A stretch of DNA of 64,000 nt, from NCBI RefSeq assembly GCF_013315695.1, contig NZ_CP054353.1; one strand, written 5' to 3'. Shown here in pieces: positions 45,816 to 56,493 of the stretch. Position 1 is the first letter of the stretch, and every line of letters starts with the position of its first letter. A program made the position numbers and the translations under genes. This stretch comes from Escherichia coli (GTDB lineage Bacteria > Pseudomonadota > Gammaproteobacteria > Enterobacterales > Enterobacteriaceae). Under the pieces are notes generated by a model. That model worked only from the letters and a program-made list of their open reading frames with translations, had not been told where the DNA came from and searched no databases.

Positions 45816-45852
45816 GCAGATGGCGGCGTCAATTTGTCGCCATCTGTATTTA
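45816..45852. terminator. Candidate bidirectional terminator between convergent asmA and higA-like gene
   Basis: Hairpin GCAGATGGCGGCG-TCAATTT-GTCGCCATCTG followed by TATTTAT. Confidence 0.5.
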
Positions 45853-45857
45853 TAGCA

Positions 45858-46148
45858 CTAAGCAGCATGTGGATATTGAATTTCAATACGTTGAATATGC
45901 AATCCTGCATGAGCCATCATGGTGATCAATTTATCGATACTAAAGATCTGGATCTTACCTCTGGCAAGTTCAGATATGCGAGGTTGAGTGACCCCTAAAG
46001 CAGACGCTGCCTGAGCCTGGCTAAACCCTTGTTGTTCAATCCAGTTATTAATGATCGTTACAAGTTCGGCACGGATCCGCATATTTTCCGCTTGTTCAGG
46101 GGTGTCACTCACCGCATCCCACACACTATCAAAGGTTTCAATTTTCAT
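45858..46148 (-). CDS. HigA-like antitoxin (XRE-family HTH)
   Basis: HTH QAQAASALGVTQPRISELARGK; immediately downstream of and overlapping a RelE/ParE-superfamily toxin-like ORF, the HigB-HigA gene order. Start codon uncertain (46148 or 46166). Confidence 0.65.
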   Translation of the reverse strand: MKIETFDSVWDAVSDTPEQAENMRIRAELVTIINNWIEQQGFSQAQAASALGVTQPRISELARGKIQIFSIDKLITMMAHAGLHIQRIEIQYPHAA

Positions 46149-46475
46149 TTTTCCGCTCCTGAACAAGTTCTTTATAGCGTCGTTTGTCTAAATCAATATC
46201 CGATTGACTGGTAGTCTGTGTTTTCTTTTGAAAACAATGCAATACGTAAACCGCTTCTTCAAATTTTGCGATATACATGACGCGATAGATCCCATCAGCA
46301 TCGCGAGTACGAATCTCTCGCACACCAGGGCCGATAGTTGAAAAGGTTTCCAGTCGTATGGGTTTAACCCTTGTTGGATCCTGTCGAGTTGATAGCCAAT
46401 TTCCTGTCGAGACGATTCTGGAAATGCGCGTAAATCGTCAAGACTGGTATCAAGAAAAGCCAGCTTTTTTCTCAT
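46138..46475 (-). pseudogene. HigB-like toxin (RelE/ParE superfamily), split by a frameshift
   Basis: N-terminal part (46188..46475) and C-terminal part (46138..46323) are in different frames; adding one T/A in the A4 run at 46341..46344 gives a continuous toxin of about 112 aa. Confidence 0.6.
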
Positions 46476-46549
46476 TACTCCATCCTTAGATTATACTAAA
46501 TTTTGTATAAATCAAATGCGCAGTTTGAACCTGCGCATTTGATGTTTTA

Positions 46550-48133
46550 TCACACTTCGTACTCCATCTCGCCATCCTTACGTAGCGGAATAATTTGCAC
46601 CTTCTGCACGCGATGGCTTTCCACCTGCAACGTTTTAAGCAAATAATCCCCCACCTGAACTTCTTCGCCAGGTTTTGGAATACGCTGCAAATATTCCATC
46701 AATAGCCCGGCAATGGTGTGATATTCACGTTTTTCATCCAGCGGCAGCGGCACATATTGCACCAGATCCTCCAGCGGCATATGACCATTCGCCGTCCAGG
46801 AACCGTCCGCATTTTTCTGAATATCATGGCGGGCGTCGATCTCTTCCACTTCGTTCGGTAAGTTACCGGCAATGGTTTCAGTGACGTCACTTAATGTCAC
46901 AATTCCTTCCACCGAGCCAAACTCATCCACTACAAAAGCAAAGTGCGTGCGGGCATTACGGAACTGCTCCAGGGCAGGTAACAACGGCAAGGTTTCCGGG
47001 AACACCAGCGGCTGGCGAATCAACACCCGCAGGTTGAGCGGTTCGCCGCGCAGAGACTGTTGTAGCAGGTCGATAACGTGAACAACACCGAGCAAATCTT
47101 CTGCGTCATCACCGTCGGTAACCACCAGCCGCGTATGCTGATTTCGCTCCAGCAACTGGCGGATTTCTTCTTCCGGTGCGTTGAGATCGATATGCTCAAT
47201 ATCGTGGCGCGACGTCATAATGCTGCTGACGGTGCGCTGGTTAAGATTAAGTACCCGCTCAATCATCCGCCGTTCCTGCGGATTAAAGATTTGCTGGTTA
47301 CCATGATCCACCAGCATAGACGCGGTTTCGGCGTCCAGTTCCGCATCTTCTTTTTGCCCGCTAAGCAGGCGCATTACCGCTTCGGTAGTCCGCTGGCGCA
47401 GCGTCTGGTTAGCGGAAAGAAAACGTCGCCGGTTAAAGATAGCCAACTGATTGAGCGCCTCGATCATCACCGAGAAACCAATAGCAGCGTACAGGTAGCC
47501 TTTCGGAATGACGAAGCCGAAACCTTCTGCCACCAGGCTAAAGCCAATCATCAACAGGAAGCTTAAGCAGAGAATAACGATCGTCGGGTGACTGTTAACA
47601 AATTGCGTTAATGGCTTGCTGGCCATCAACATCAGGCTGATAGCGATAACGACGGCGGCCATCATGACCAGTAAATGGTCGACCATCCCGACGGCGGTAA
47701 TCACCGAGTCGAGTGAGAAGATGGCGTCCAGTACCACAATTTGTGTCACCACCCCCCAGAACTTCGCACCTTTGCGTTGTGTGGGGTTATTGCTGTCTTT
47801 CCCCTCCAGCCGTTCGTTCAGCTCCATCGTGGCTTTGAACAGCAGGAAGAAACCACCAAACAGCATGATTAAATCGCGGGCGCTAAAGGTAAACGAGCGG
47901 AAGCTGAACAGCGGTTGAGTCAGGGTGACCAGCCAGGAGATTGACGCCAGCAGTAACAGGCGCATTAACATCGCCAGCAGCAGCCCGGTAACCCGTGCGC
48001 GGTCGCGCTGCTTCGGCGGTAGTTTTTCGGCGAGGATGGCAATAAAGACCAGGTTATCAATGCCGAGGACCAGTTCGATTACAATCAGCGTGATTAACCC
48101 GGCCCAGATAGACGGATCGGCAATCCATTCCAT
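46550..48133 (-). CDS. yegH: TerC/CBS/CorC-domain membrane protein
   Basis: Start placed at [13 protein letters not shown] (527 aa); TerC-like membrane domain plus CBS pair and CorC C-terminal domain. Confidence 0.8.
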   Translation of the reverse strand: MEWIADPSIWAGLITLIVIELVLGIDNLVFIAILAEKLPPKQRDRARVTGLLLAMLMRLLLLASISWLVTLTQPLFSFRSFTFSARDLIMLFGGFFLLFKATMELNERLEGKDSNNPTQRKGAKFWGVVTQIVVLDAIFSLDSVITAVGMVDHLLVMMAAVVIAISLMLMASKPLTQFVNSHPTIVILCLSFLLMIGFSLVAEGFGFVIPKGYLYAAIGFSVMIEALNQLAIFNRRRFLSANQTLRQRTTEAVMRLLSGQKEDAELDAETASMLVDHGNQQIFNPQERRMIERVLNLNQRTVSSIMTSRHDIEHIDLNAPEEEIRQLLERNQHTRLVVTDGDDAEDLLGVVHVIDLLQQSLRGEPLNLRVLIRQPLVFPETLPLLPALEQFRNARTHFAFVVDEFGSVEGIVTLSDVTETIAGNLPNEVEEIDARHDIQKNADGSWTANGHMPLEDLVQYVPLPLDEKREYHTIAGLLMEYLQRIPKPGEEVQVGDYLLKTLQVESHRVQKVQIIPLRKDGEMEYEV

Positions 48134-48601
48134 AGTAAGTACAAAACCTATTCGTTGTATGACAAATGTCACAATTCGATCATGGATAAATCGGGGCAAA
48201 AATGCAATGTTGCAGCACTATTTATCTCATATTATTTGAGGGTAATAACCTCACATTATCCCTGAATTAAAAGTGGTAATAATAAAACATTATTTAAGAA
48301 ATATCGCATGTGGAGACACTATATTAAATATTGTCAACCTAAAGAAACTCCTAAAAACCATATTGAATGACACTTAATATAATTCTTAAAAATAGCCAAT
48401 TGCCGAATTGTTACCTTGCCTGCTATTCCGTTAGCTGTAACACTTCCTCCTGCATTATTGGAGAGCCAATATTCAATTACCATAATGTCACCTTATATTC
48501 GGAAGTTAATTTCCGCAATAACCCTTTCTCATCAACGACTGTATGTTGAGAGAGTTTTAAAAATTAAGCTAAATCAGTGTATTGGTAGCTAAAAAGCCAG
48601 G

Positions 48602-48613
48602 GGCGGTAGCGTG
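48602..48613 (+). promoter_or_regulatory. ops element (GGCGGTAGCGTG) within JUMPstart, RfaH-dependent antitermination site in the wza leader
   Basis: Exact ops core GGCGGTAGCGT about 180 bp upstream of wza start. Confidence 0.8.
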
Positions 48614-48791
48614 TCTGGATGCCTGAAAGACCAGTCTGAATTATTCTGTCAATAGCCTGCGGATGAAATCAATTTTTTTAGGACTGATGCCAGTTAAATT
48701 TTTATTCAATTAACTGCAAGGTAAATGTGCATGGCGACATTGCTATTAATAGTGCACAGGATAATTACTCTGCCAAAGTGATAAATAAACA

Positions 48792-49931
48792 ATGATGAAA
48801 TCCAAAATGAAATTGATGCCATTATTGGTGTCAGTAACCTTGATAAGCGGTTGCACAGTACTTCCGGGCAGCAATATGTCGACGATGGGGAAAGACGTCA
48901 TCAAACAGCAGGACGCTGATTTCGATCTCGACAAAATGGTGAATGTTTATCCGCTGACCCCGCGCCTGATTGATCAATTACGCCCACGCCCCAACGTAGC
49001 GCGCCCCAATATGACGCTGGAAAGTGAGATCGCGAATTATCAGTATCGCGTCGGGCCGGGGGACGTTCTTAATGTCACCGTCTGGGATCACCCGGAACTC
49101 ACCACGCCAGCTGGTCAGTACCGCAGCTCCAGCGACACCGGCAACTGGGTACAGCCTGACGGCACCATGTTCTACCCGTATATCGGCAAGGTTCACGTCG
49201 TGGGGAAAACGCTCGCTGAAATCCGCAGTGATATTACCGGGCGCTTAGCGACGTACATCGCTGACCCGCAGGTGGACGTTAATATCGCCGCCTTCCGCTC
49301 ACAAAAGGCCTATATCTCCGGACAGGTGAATAAATCCGGCCAACAGGCGATCACCAACGTGCCACTGACCATTCTCGATGCCATCAACGCCGCGGGTGGC
49401 CTGACTGATACCGCTGACTGGCGCAACGTGGTGCTAACACACAATGGTCGTGAAGAGCGCATTTCTTTGCAGGCGCTGATGCAAAACGGCGACCTCAATC
49501 AGAACCGACTGCTTTACCCCGGCGATATTCTTTACGTGCCGCGTAATGATGATCTGAAAGTATTTGTGATGGGTGAAGTGAAGAAACAGAGCACCCTGAA
49601 AATGGACTTTAGCGGCATGACCCTGACTGAAGCCCTGGGCAATGCTGAAGGCATCGACATGACCACCTCCAACGCCAGCGGCATCTTTGTCATTCGTCCG
49701 CTGAAAGGCGAGGGCGGGCGTAATGGCAAGATTGCCAATATCTACCAGCTGGATATGTCCGATGCCACGTCGCTGGTGATGGCGACAGAATTCCGCCTGC
49801 AACCTTATGACGTGGTGTATGTCACCACCGCCCCGGTTTCCCGCTGGAACCGTCTGATCAATCAGTTGCTGCCAACTATTAGCGGTGTCCGTTACATGAC
49901 GGATACAGCCAGCGACATTCATAACTGGTAA
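48792..49931 (+). CDS. wza: Outer membrane polysaccharide export lipoprotein Wza
   Basis: 379-aa ORF with lipobox LISGC; first gene of the colanic acid cluster. Confidence 0.9.
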   Translation: MMKSKMKLMPLLVSVTLISGCTVLPGSNMSTMGKDVIKQQDADFDLDKMVNVYPLTPRLIDQLRPRPNVARPNMTLESEIANYQYRVGPGDVLNVTVWDHPELTTPAGQYRSSSDTGNWVQPDGTMFYPYIGKVHVVGKTLAEIRSDITGRLATYIADPQVDVNIAAFRSQKAYISGQVNKSGQQAITNVPLTILDAINAAGGLTDTADWRNVVLTHNGREERISLQALMQNGDLNQNRLLYPGDILYVPRNDDLKVFVMGEVKKQSTLKMDFSGMTLTEALGNAEGIDMTTSNASGIFVIRPLKGEGGRNGKIANIYQLDMSDATSLVMATEFRLQPYDVVYVTTAPVSRWNRLINQLLPTISGVRYMTDTASDIHNW

Positions 49932-49936
49932 TCGTC

Positions 49937-50380
49937 ATGTTTAACAACATCTTAGTTGTCTGTGTCGGCAATATTTGCCGCTCCCCGACGGCGGAACGCT
50001 TACTGCAACGTTATCACCCGGAGCTGAAAGTGGAGTCCGCTGGACTCGGCGCGCTGGTCGGTAAGGGCGCTGACCCTACTGCTATCAGCGTCGCCGCAGA
50101 ACATCAACTGTCTCTGGAAGGTCACTGTGCACGGCAAATCAGCCGCCGTCTGTGTCGCAACTACGACCTGATTTTGACCATGGAAAAGCGCCATATCGAA
50201 CGCTTATGCGAGATGGCACCCGAGATGCGCGGCAAAGTGATGCTGTTTGGTCACTGGGATAACGAATGTGAAATCCCCGATCCGTATCGCAAAAGCCGGG
50301 AAACGTTTGCAGCGGTGTACACATTACTTGAACGGTCTGCCCGCCAGTGGGCGCAGGCATTGAACGCAGAGCAGGTATAA
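49937..50380 (+). CDS. wzb: Low-molecular-weight protein-tyrosine phosphatase Wzb
   Basis: 147-aa ORF with LMW-PTP P-loop CVGNICRS. Confidence 0.9.
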   Translation: MFNNILVVCVGNICRSPTAERLLQRYHPELKVESAGLGALVGKGADPTAISVAAEHQLSLEGHCARQISRRLCRNYDLILTMEKRHIERLCEMAPEMRGKVMLFGHWDNECEIPDPYRKSRETFAAVYTLLERSARQWAQALNAEQV

Positions 50381-50382
50381 GA

Positions 50383-52545
50383 ATGACAGAAAAAGTAAAA
50401 CAACATGCCGCTCCGGTAACGGGCAGTGATGAAATCGATATTGGTCGCCTGGTCGGCACCGTCATTGAAGCGCGCTGGTGGGTAATTGGCATCACCGCCG
50501 TATTTGCCCTCTGTGCCGTGGTTTACACCTTCTTCGCCACGCCGATTTATAGTGCCGACGCACTGGTACAAATCGAGCAAAACAGCGGCAATTCGTTAGT
50601 GCAGGACATTGGTTCGGCATTAGCCAACAAACCGCCAGCATCGGACGCCGAGATCCAGTTGATTCGTTCGCGTCTGGTGCTTGGTAAAACGGTGGACGAT
50701 CTCGACCTCGATATTGCAGTGAGCAAAAACACGTTCCCGATTTTCGGTGCGGGCTGGGATCGCCTGATGGGACGCCAGAACGAGACGGTAAAAGTGACCA
50801 CCTTTAACCGCCCGAAAGAGATGGCGGATCAGGTGTTTACGCTTAATGTGCTGGACGATAAAAACTACACTCTGAGCAGCGATGGCGGCTTTAGCGCCCG
50901 TGGGCAAGCGGGCCAGATGCTGAAAAAAGAAGGCGTCACGCTGATGGTTGAAGCCATTCACGCCCGCCCGGGCAGTGAGTTTACCGTCACCAAATACTCC
51001 ACGCTGGGGATGATCAATCAACTGCAAAACAGCCTGACGGTAACGGAGAACGGCAAAGACGCAGGCGTACTGAGCCTGACTTATACCGGTGAAGATCGCG
51101 AACAGATCCGCGACATTCTTAACAGCATCGCCCGTAACTATCAGGAACAAAATATTGAGCGCAAATCCGCGGAAGCGTCGAAAAGCCTCGCCTTCCTCGC
51201 GCAACAGTTACCGGAAGTACGTAGCCGCCTTGATGTTGCCGAAAATAAATTGAATGCCTTCCGTCAGGATAAAGATTCTGTTGATCTGCCGCTGGAAGCG
51301 AAAGCGGTGCTCGATTCGATGGTGAACATCGACGCACAATTGAACGAACTGACCTTTAAAGAAGCGGAAATCTCCAAGCTGTACACCAAAGTTCACCCGG
51401 CGTATCGCACGCTGCTGGAGAAACGGCAGGCGCTGGAAGACGAAAAAGCCAAACTTAATGGTCGCGTAACGGCGATGCCGAAAACCCAGCAGGAGATTGT
51501 CCGTCTGACCCGCGATGTCGAGTCTGGTCAGCAGGTCTATATGCAGCTGCTGAATAAAGAGCAGGAGCTGAAAATCACCGAAGCCAGCACCGTCGGCGAT
51601 GTGCGCATTGTTGACCCGGCAATCACCCAGCCAGGTGTACTGAAACCGAAGAAAGGGCTGATTATCCTCGGCGCGATTATCCTTGGCCTGATGCTCTCTA
51701 TCGTGGGTGTACTGCTGCGCTCGTTGTTTAATCGTGGCATCGAAAGCCCGCAGGTGCTGGAAGAACACGGTATCAGCGTCTATGCCAGCATCCCGTTGTC
51801 GGAATGGCAGAAAGCGCGCGATAGCGTCAAAACCATCAAAGGAGTTAAACGCTATAAACAGAGCCAGCTACTGGCGGTAGGGAATCCAACCGATCTGGCG
51901 ATTGAAGCCATCCGCAGTCTGCGTACCAGTCTGCACTTCGCGATGATGCAGGCGCAGAACAATGTGTTGATGATGACCGGGGTTAGCCCGTCAATCGGTA
52001 AAACCTTTGTCTGCGCTAACCTGGCGGCGGTGATCAGTCAGACCAATAAACGGGTGTTGTTGATCGACTGCGATATGCGCAAAGGCTACACCCACGAGTT
52101 GTTGGGCACCAATAACGTCAATGGCCTGTCGGAAATTTTGATTGGTCAGGGCGATATTACTACCGCTGCTAAACCGACCTCTATTGCCAAATTTGATCTG
52201 ATCCCGCGCGGTCAGGTGCCGCCAAATCCTTCTGAACTGTTGATGAGCGAACGCTTTGCCGAACTGGTGAACTGGGCGAGTAAAAACTACGACCTGGTGT
52301 TGATTGATACGCCGCCGATTCTGGCAGTGACCGATGCGGCAATTGTTGGTCGTCATGTCGGAACCACGTTAATGGTGGCGCGTTATGCGGTCAACACATT
52401 GAAAGAAGTGGAAACCAGTCTGAGCCGCTTTGAGCAAAACGGTATTCCGGTGAAAGGGGTGATTCTGAACTCCATCTTCCGCCGCGCCAGCGCGTATCAG
52501 GATTATGGCTATTACGAATACGAATATAAGTCGGATGCGAAATAA
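50383..52545 (+). CDS. wzc: Tyrosine autokinase / polysaccharide co-polymerase Wzc
   Basis: Start at MTEKVKQHAAPV (720 aa); Walker A GVSPSIGKT and C-terminal tyrosine-rich tail YQDYGYYEYEYKSDAK. Confidence 0.9.
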   Translation: MTEKVKQHAAPVTGSDEIDIGRLVGTVIEARWWVIGITAVFALCAVVYTFFATPIYSADALVQIEQNSGNSLVQDIGSALANKPPASDAEIQLIRSRLVLGKTVDDLDLDIAVSKNTFPIFGAGWDRLMGRQNETVKVTTFNRPKEMADQVFTLNVLDDKNYTLSSDGGFSARGQAGQMLKKEGVTLMVEAIHARPGSEFTVTKYSTLGMINQLQNSLTVTENGKDAGVLSLTYTGEDREQIRDILNSIARNYQEQNIERKSAEASKSLAFLAQQLPEVRSRLDVAENKLNAFRQDKDSVDLPLEAKAVLDSMVNIDAQLNELTFKEAEISKLYTKVHPAYRTLLEKRQALEDEKAKLNGRVTAMPKTQQEIVRLTRDVESGQQVYMQLLNKEQELKITEASTVGDVRIVDPAITQPGVLKPKKGLIILGAIILGLMLSIVGVLLRSLFNRGIESPQVLEEHGISVYASIPLSEWQKARDSVKTIKGVKRYKQSQLLAVGNPTDLAIEAIRSLRTSLHFAMMQAQNNVLMMTGVSPSIGKTFVCANLAAVISQTNKRVLLIDCDMRKGYTHELLGTNNVNGLSEILIGQGDITTAAKPTSIAKFDLIPRGQVPPNPSELLMSERFAELVNWASKNYDLVLIDTPPILAVTDAAIVGRHVGTTLMVARYAVNTLKEVETSLSRFEQNGIPVKGVILNSIFRRASAYQDYGYYEYEYKSDAK

Positions 52546-52550
52546 CGAGA

Positions 52551-52615
52551 TCCGTTGTCGGATGCGATGCTGACGCATCTTATCCGACCTACGTTCACGC
52601 CGCATCCGGCAACAG
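52551..52615. repeat. REP-like palindromic elements downstream of wzc
   Basis: GTCGGATGCGATGCTGACGCATCTTATCCGAC and GCCGCATCCGGCA palindromes. Confidence 0.55.
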
Positions 52616-52673
52616 AACCCGTAAACAAGCTTATAAACCGGCAGAACATCTCGACACTCCGGGAGAACAACCT

Positions 52674-53513
52674 ATGAAAGACAATCCGCTGATCTCAATC
52701 TATATGCCGACCTGGAACCGCCAACAACTGGCGATTCGGGCGATAAAATCGGTCCTGCGCCAGGACTACAACAACTGGGAGATGATTATCGTGGATGATT
52801 GCTCCACCTCCTGGGAACAACTACAACAGTACGTCACCGCCCTCAACGATCCGCGCATCACTTACATTCACAACGACATTAACAGCGGGGCGTGCGCGGT
52901 ACGTAACCAGGCGATTATGCTGGCGCAAGGGGAATACATCACCGGGATCGATGATGATGATGAATGGACACCCAACCGCCTGAGCGTCTTCCTCGCCCAT
53001 AAACAGCAACTGGTCACTCACGCCTTTTTGTACGCTAACGACTACGTTTGCCAGGGCGAAGTCTATTCCCAACCGGCAAGCTTGCCGCTGTATCCCAAAT
53101 CGCCGTATTCACGCCGCCTGTTCTACAAACGCAATATCATTGGCAATCAGGTTTTTACCTGGGCATGGCGTTTCAAAGAGTGTTTGTTCGATACCGAACT
53201 GAAAGCGGCACAGGATTACGACATCTTCCTGCGGATGGTGGTGGAGTACGGCGAACCGTGGAAAGTGGAAGAGGCGACGCAGATCCTGCATATCAATCAC
53301 GGCGAAATGCAGATCACCTCGTCACCGAAAAAATTCTCCGGATACTTCCACTTTTACCGCAAGCACAAAGACAAATTCGACCGCGCCAGCAAAAAATATC
53401 AGCTGTTTACCCTCTACCAGATCCGCAATAAACGCATGACCTGGCGCACTTTGCTGACGCTGCTGTCGGTGCGTAACGGCAAACGTCTGGCTGATGGTAT
53501 TCGGGGGCGCTAA
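52674..53513 (+). CDS. wcaA: Colanic acid biosynthesis glycosyltransferase WcaA (GT2)
   Basis: 279-aa ORF with GT2 motifs (IIVDD...DDDDEW); cluster position. Confidence 0.85.
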   Translation: MKDNPLISIYMPTWNRQQLAIRAIKSVLRQDYNNWEMIIVDDCSTSWEQLQQYVTALNDPRITYIHNDINSGACAVRNQAIMLAQGEYITGIDDDDEWTPNRLSVFLAHKQQLVTHAFLYANDYVCQGEVYSQPASLPLYPKSPYSRRLFYKRNIIGNQVFTWAWRFKECLFDTELKAAQDYDIFLRMVVEYGEPWKVEEATQILHINHGEMQITSSPKKFSGYFHFYRKHKDKFDRASKKYQLFTLYQIRNKRMTWRTLLTLLSVRNGKRLADGIRGR

Positions 53514-53515
53514 AG

Positions 53516-54004
53516 ATGCTGGAAGATCTGCGCGCCAACAGCTGGAGTTTACGCCCGTGCTGCATGGTTCTTGCCTATCGCGCCGCTCATTTTTGTTCGG
53601 TGTGGCGCAAAAAGAACGTCCTCAACAATCTGTGGGCGGCCCCGCTGCTGGTGCTGTATCGCATTATCACCGAATGCTTTTTCGGTTATGAAATCCAGGC
53701 CGCCGCGACCATAGGCCGACGCTTTACTATCCATCACGGTTACGCCGTGGTGATCAATAAAAACGTGGTCGCGGGGGATGATTTCACCATTCGTCACGGC
53801 GTCACTATCGGCAATCGTGGTGCCGATAACATGGCATGTCCACACATTGGCAATGGCGTCGAACTCGGTGCCAACGTCATTATTCTTGGTGATATCACGC
53901 TTGGTAACAACGTCACCGTGGGCGCGGGCAGCGTGGTGCTCGACTCTGTCCCGGACAACGCGCTGGTGGTGGGAGAAAAAGCGCGAGTGAAGGTAATTAA
54001 ATGA
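53516..54004 (+). CDS. wcaB: Colanic acid acetyltransferase WcaB (hexapeptide-repeat)
   Basis: 162-aa ORF with left-handed beta-helix hexapeptide repeats. Confidence 0.85.
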   Translation: MLEDLRANSWSLRPCCMVLAYRAAHFCSVWRKKNVLNNLWAAPLLVLYRIITECFFGYEIQAAATIGRRFTIHHGYAVVINKNVVAGDDFTIRHGVTIGNRGADNMACPHIGNGVELGANVIILGDITLGNNVTVGAGSVVLDSVPDNALVVGEKARVKVIK

Positions 54005-55218
54005 ATATTCTGCAATTTAATGTGCGACTGGCGGAAGGCGGGGCAGCAGGTGTGGCGTTAGATCTCCACCAGCGTGCGCTGCAACAGGGGCTGGCATCAC
54101 ATTTTGTCTACGGCTACGGCAAAGGCGGCAAAGAGAGCGTCAGTCATCAAAACTATCCGCAGGTCATCAAACATACGCCGCGGATGACCGCGATGGCGAA
54201 CATTGCGTTGTTTCGTCTGTTTAATCGCGATCTGTTCGGCAATTTCAATGAGTTATATCGCACCATTACTCGCACACCGGGTCCGGTGGTCCTGCATTTT
54301 CATGTGCTGCACAGCTACTGGTTGAATCTTAAGAGCGTGGTGCGCTTTTGCGAAAAAGTGAAAAACCATAAACCGGATGTCACTCTGGTCTGGACACTGC
54401 ACGACCACTGGAGCGTTACCGGACGCTGCGCCTTTACCGACGGTTGCGAAGGCTGGAAAACGGGCTGCCAGAAATGCCCGACCTTAAATAATTATCCGCC
54501 GGTGAAGATTGATCGCGCACACCAACTGGTGGCGGGCAAACGGCAGTTATTCCGCGAGATGCTGGCACTGGGCTGTCAGTTTATTTCCCCCAGCCAGCAT
54601 GTGGCAGACGCTTTCAATAGTCTGTACGGTCCAGGGCGTTGCCGGATTATCAATAACGGTATTGATATGGCAACCGAAGCGATTCTGGCGGACTTGCCTC
54701 TGGTGCGCGAAACCCAGAACAAGCCGAAAATCGCGGTGGTGGCGCATGATCTGCGTTACGACGGCAAAACTAACCAGCAACTGGTACGCGAGATGATGGC
54801 GCTGGGCGACAAAATCGAACTGCATACCTTTGGTAAGTTCTCGCCGTTCACCGCTGGCAACGTGGTTAATCACGGCTTTGAAACTGACAAGCGCAAGTTG
54901 ATGAGCGCGCTCAATCAGATGGATGCGCTGGTATTCAGTTCTCGCGTCGATAACTACCCGCTGATTTTGTGTGAGGCGCTATCGATTGGCGTGCCGGTGA
55001 TTGCCACCCATAGCGACGCGGCGCGTGAAGTGTTGCAAAAATCCGGCGGTAAAACCGTCAGCGAAGAAGATGTGCTGCAACTGGTGCAGTTAAGCAAACC
55101 GGAAATCGCACAGGCGATATTTGGTACCACGCTGGCTGAGTTCAGCCAGCGCAGCCGCGCCGCCTACAGTGGACAACAGATGCTGGAGGAGTATGTCAAC
55201 TTCTATCAGAATCTGTAG
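54001..55218 (+). CDS. wcaC: Colanic acid glycosyltransferase WcaC (GT1/GT4)
   Basis: 405-aa ORF; cluster position. Confidence 0.85.
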   Translation: MNILQFNVRLAEGGAAGVALDLHQRALQQGLASHFVYGYGKGGKESVSHQNYPQVIKHTPRMTAMANIALFRLFNRDLFGNFNELYRTITRTPGPVVLHFHVLHSYWLNLKSVVRFCEKVKNHKPDVTLVWTLHDHWSVTGRCAFTDGCEGWKTGCQKCPTLNNYPPVKIDRAHQLVAGKRQLFREMLALGCQFISPSQHVADAFNSLYGPGRCRIINNGIDMATEAILADLPLVRETQNKPKIAVVAHDLRYDGKTNQQLVREMMALGDKIELHTFGKFSPFTAGNVVNHGFETDKRKLMSALNQMDALVFSSRVDNYPLILCEALSIGVPVIATHSDAAREVLQKSGGKTVSEEDVLQLVQLSKPEIAQAIFGTTLAEFSQRSRAAYSGQQMLEEYVNFYQNL

Positions 55219-56413
55219 CTACCTGCTGCTGCCGCTGATCTACCTGCTGGTTAACGTCAAAATCGCCCAGCTTGGCGAAAGTTTCCCCATCACCATCGTC
55301 ACTTTTTTACCTGTCTTGTTACTGCTGTTTTTAGAACGCATCAGCGTTAAAAAATTGATGATTGCCTTAGGGATTGGCGCGGGACTCACGGCGTTTAACT
55401 ACCTGTTTGGTCAGTCGTTGGATGCCAGTAAATACGTCACTTCAACCATGCTTTTTGTCTATATTGTGATCATTATTGGCATGGTGTGGAGTATTCGTTT
55501 TAAAACAATTTCGCCACACAACCATTGCAAGATATTACGTTTTTTTTATCTGGTGGTCGGGCTGGTGGTGGCGCTGGCGGCGGTGGAGATGGCGCAAATT
55601 ATCCTCACCGGCGGCAGCAGTATTATGGAGTCGATTTCGAAATATCTGATTTACAGCAACAGCTATGTGCTGAATTTCATTAAATTCGGCGGCAAGCGCA
55701 CGACAGCACTTTATTTCGAACCGGCATTTTTCGCTCTGGCATTAATCTCAATTTGGCTCAGCATCAAACAGTTTGGTATCAAAACGCCTAAAACCGATGC
55801 TATGATTCTCGCAGGGATAATATTATCCGGATCGTTTTCAGGGGTTATGACCTTTATCCTGTTTTATTTGCTGGAGTGGGCATTTCAATATCTGAATAAA
55901 GAGGCGATTAAGAAAAGGTTACCGTTAGCATTGATTTCTCTGGCTGTATTCCTGGTTGGTGTGGTAATTGCATTTCCTTATATTTCCACCCGTCTGGGCG
56001 ATTTAGGTACAGAAGGATCGTCATCATATTATCGTATTGTCGGTCCGCTGGTGATGGTCGGTTATTCTTTGACCCATATTGACGGTGTAGTCAGATTTGG
56101 CTCACTTTATGAATATGTCGCATCATTCGGAATATTTAACGGTGCGGATGTCGGAAAAACCATAGACAATGGTTTGTATCTGCTGATTATTTATTTTTCC
56201 TGGTTCGCGGTGTTTTTATCACTGTGGTACATGGGGAAAGTGATAAAAATGATGATCAACGCTTTTGGTGATAACCGCAATTTTCGCGTGCAATTATATC
56301 TTTTTACTCCGGTATCGCTGTTTTTTACCGGTTCGATATTTAGCCCGGAATATGCATTTTTAATCGTCTGTCCGTTTATTTTGCGAAAAGCGTTAAATAT
56401 ACACCCTAAATAA
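55193..56413 (+). CDS. wcaD: Colanic acid polymerase WcaD
   Basis: Polytopic membrane ORF; start placed at internal MSTSIRICSYLLLPL; overlaps wcaC end. Confidence 0.8.
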   Translation: MSTSIRICSYLLLPLIYLLVNVKIAQLGESFPITIVTFLPVLLLLFLERISVKKLMIALGIGAGLTAFNYLFGQSLDASKYVTSTMLFVYIVIIIGMVWSIRFKTISPHNHCKILRFFYLVVGLVVALAAVEMAQIILTGGSSIMESISKYLIYSNSYVLNFIKFGGKRTTALYFEPAFFALALISIWLSIKQFGIKTPKTDAMILAGIILSGSFSGVMTFILFYLLEWAFQYLNKEAIKKRLPLALISLAVFLVGVVIAFPYISTRLGDLGTEGSSSYYRIVGPLVMVGYSLTHIDGVVRFGSLYEYVASFGIFNGADVGKTIDNGLYLLIIYFSWFAVFLSLWYMGKVIKMMINAFGDNRNFRVQLYLFTPVSLFFTGSIFSPEYAFLIVCPFILRKALNIHPK

Positions 56414-56493
56414 TTCGAGTTGCAGGAAGTTGGTGAGCGAGGAAAACCAACGCACATGCAGTTTGAAGTATGACGGGTATTACGAGGTAAAAC

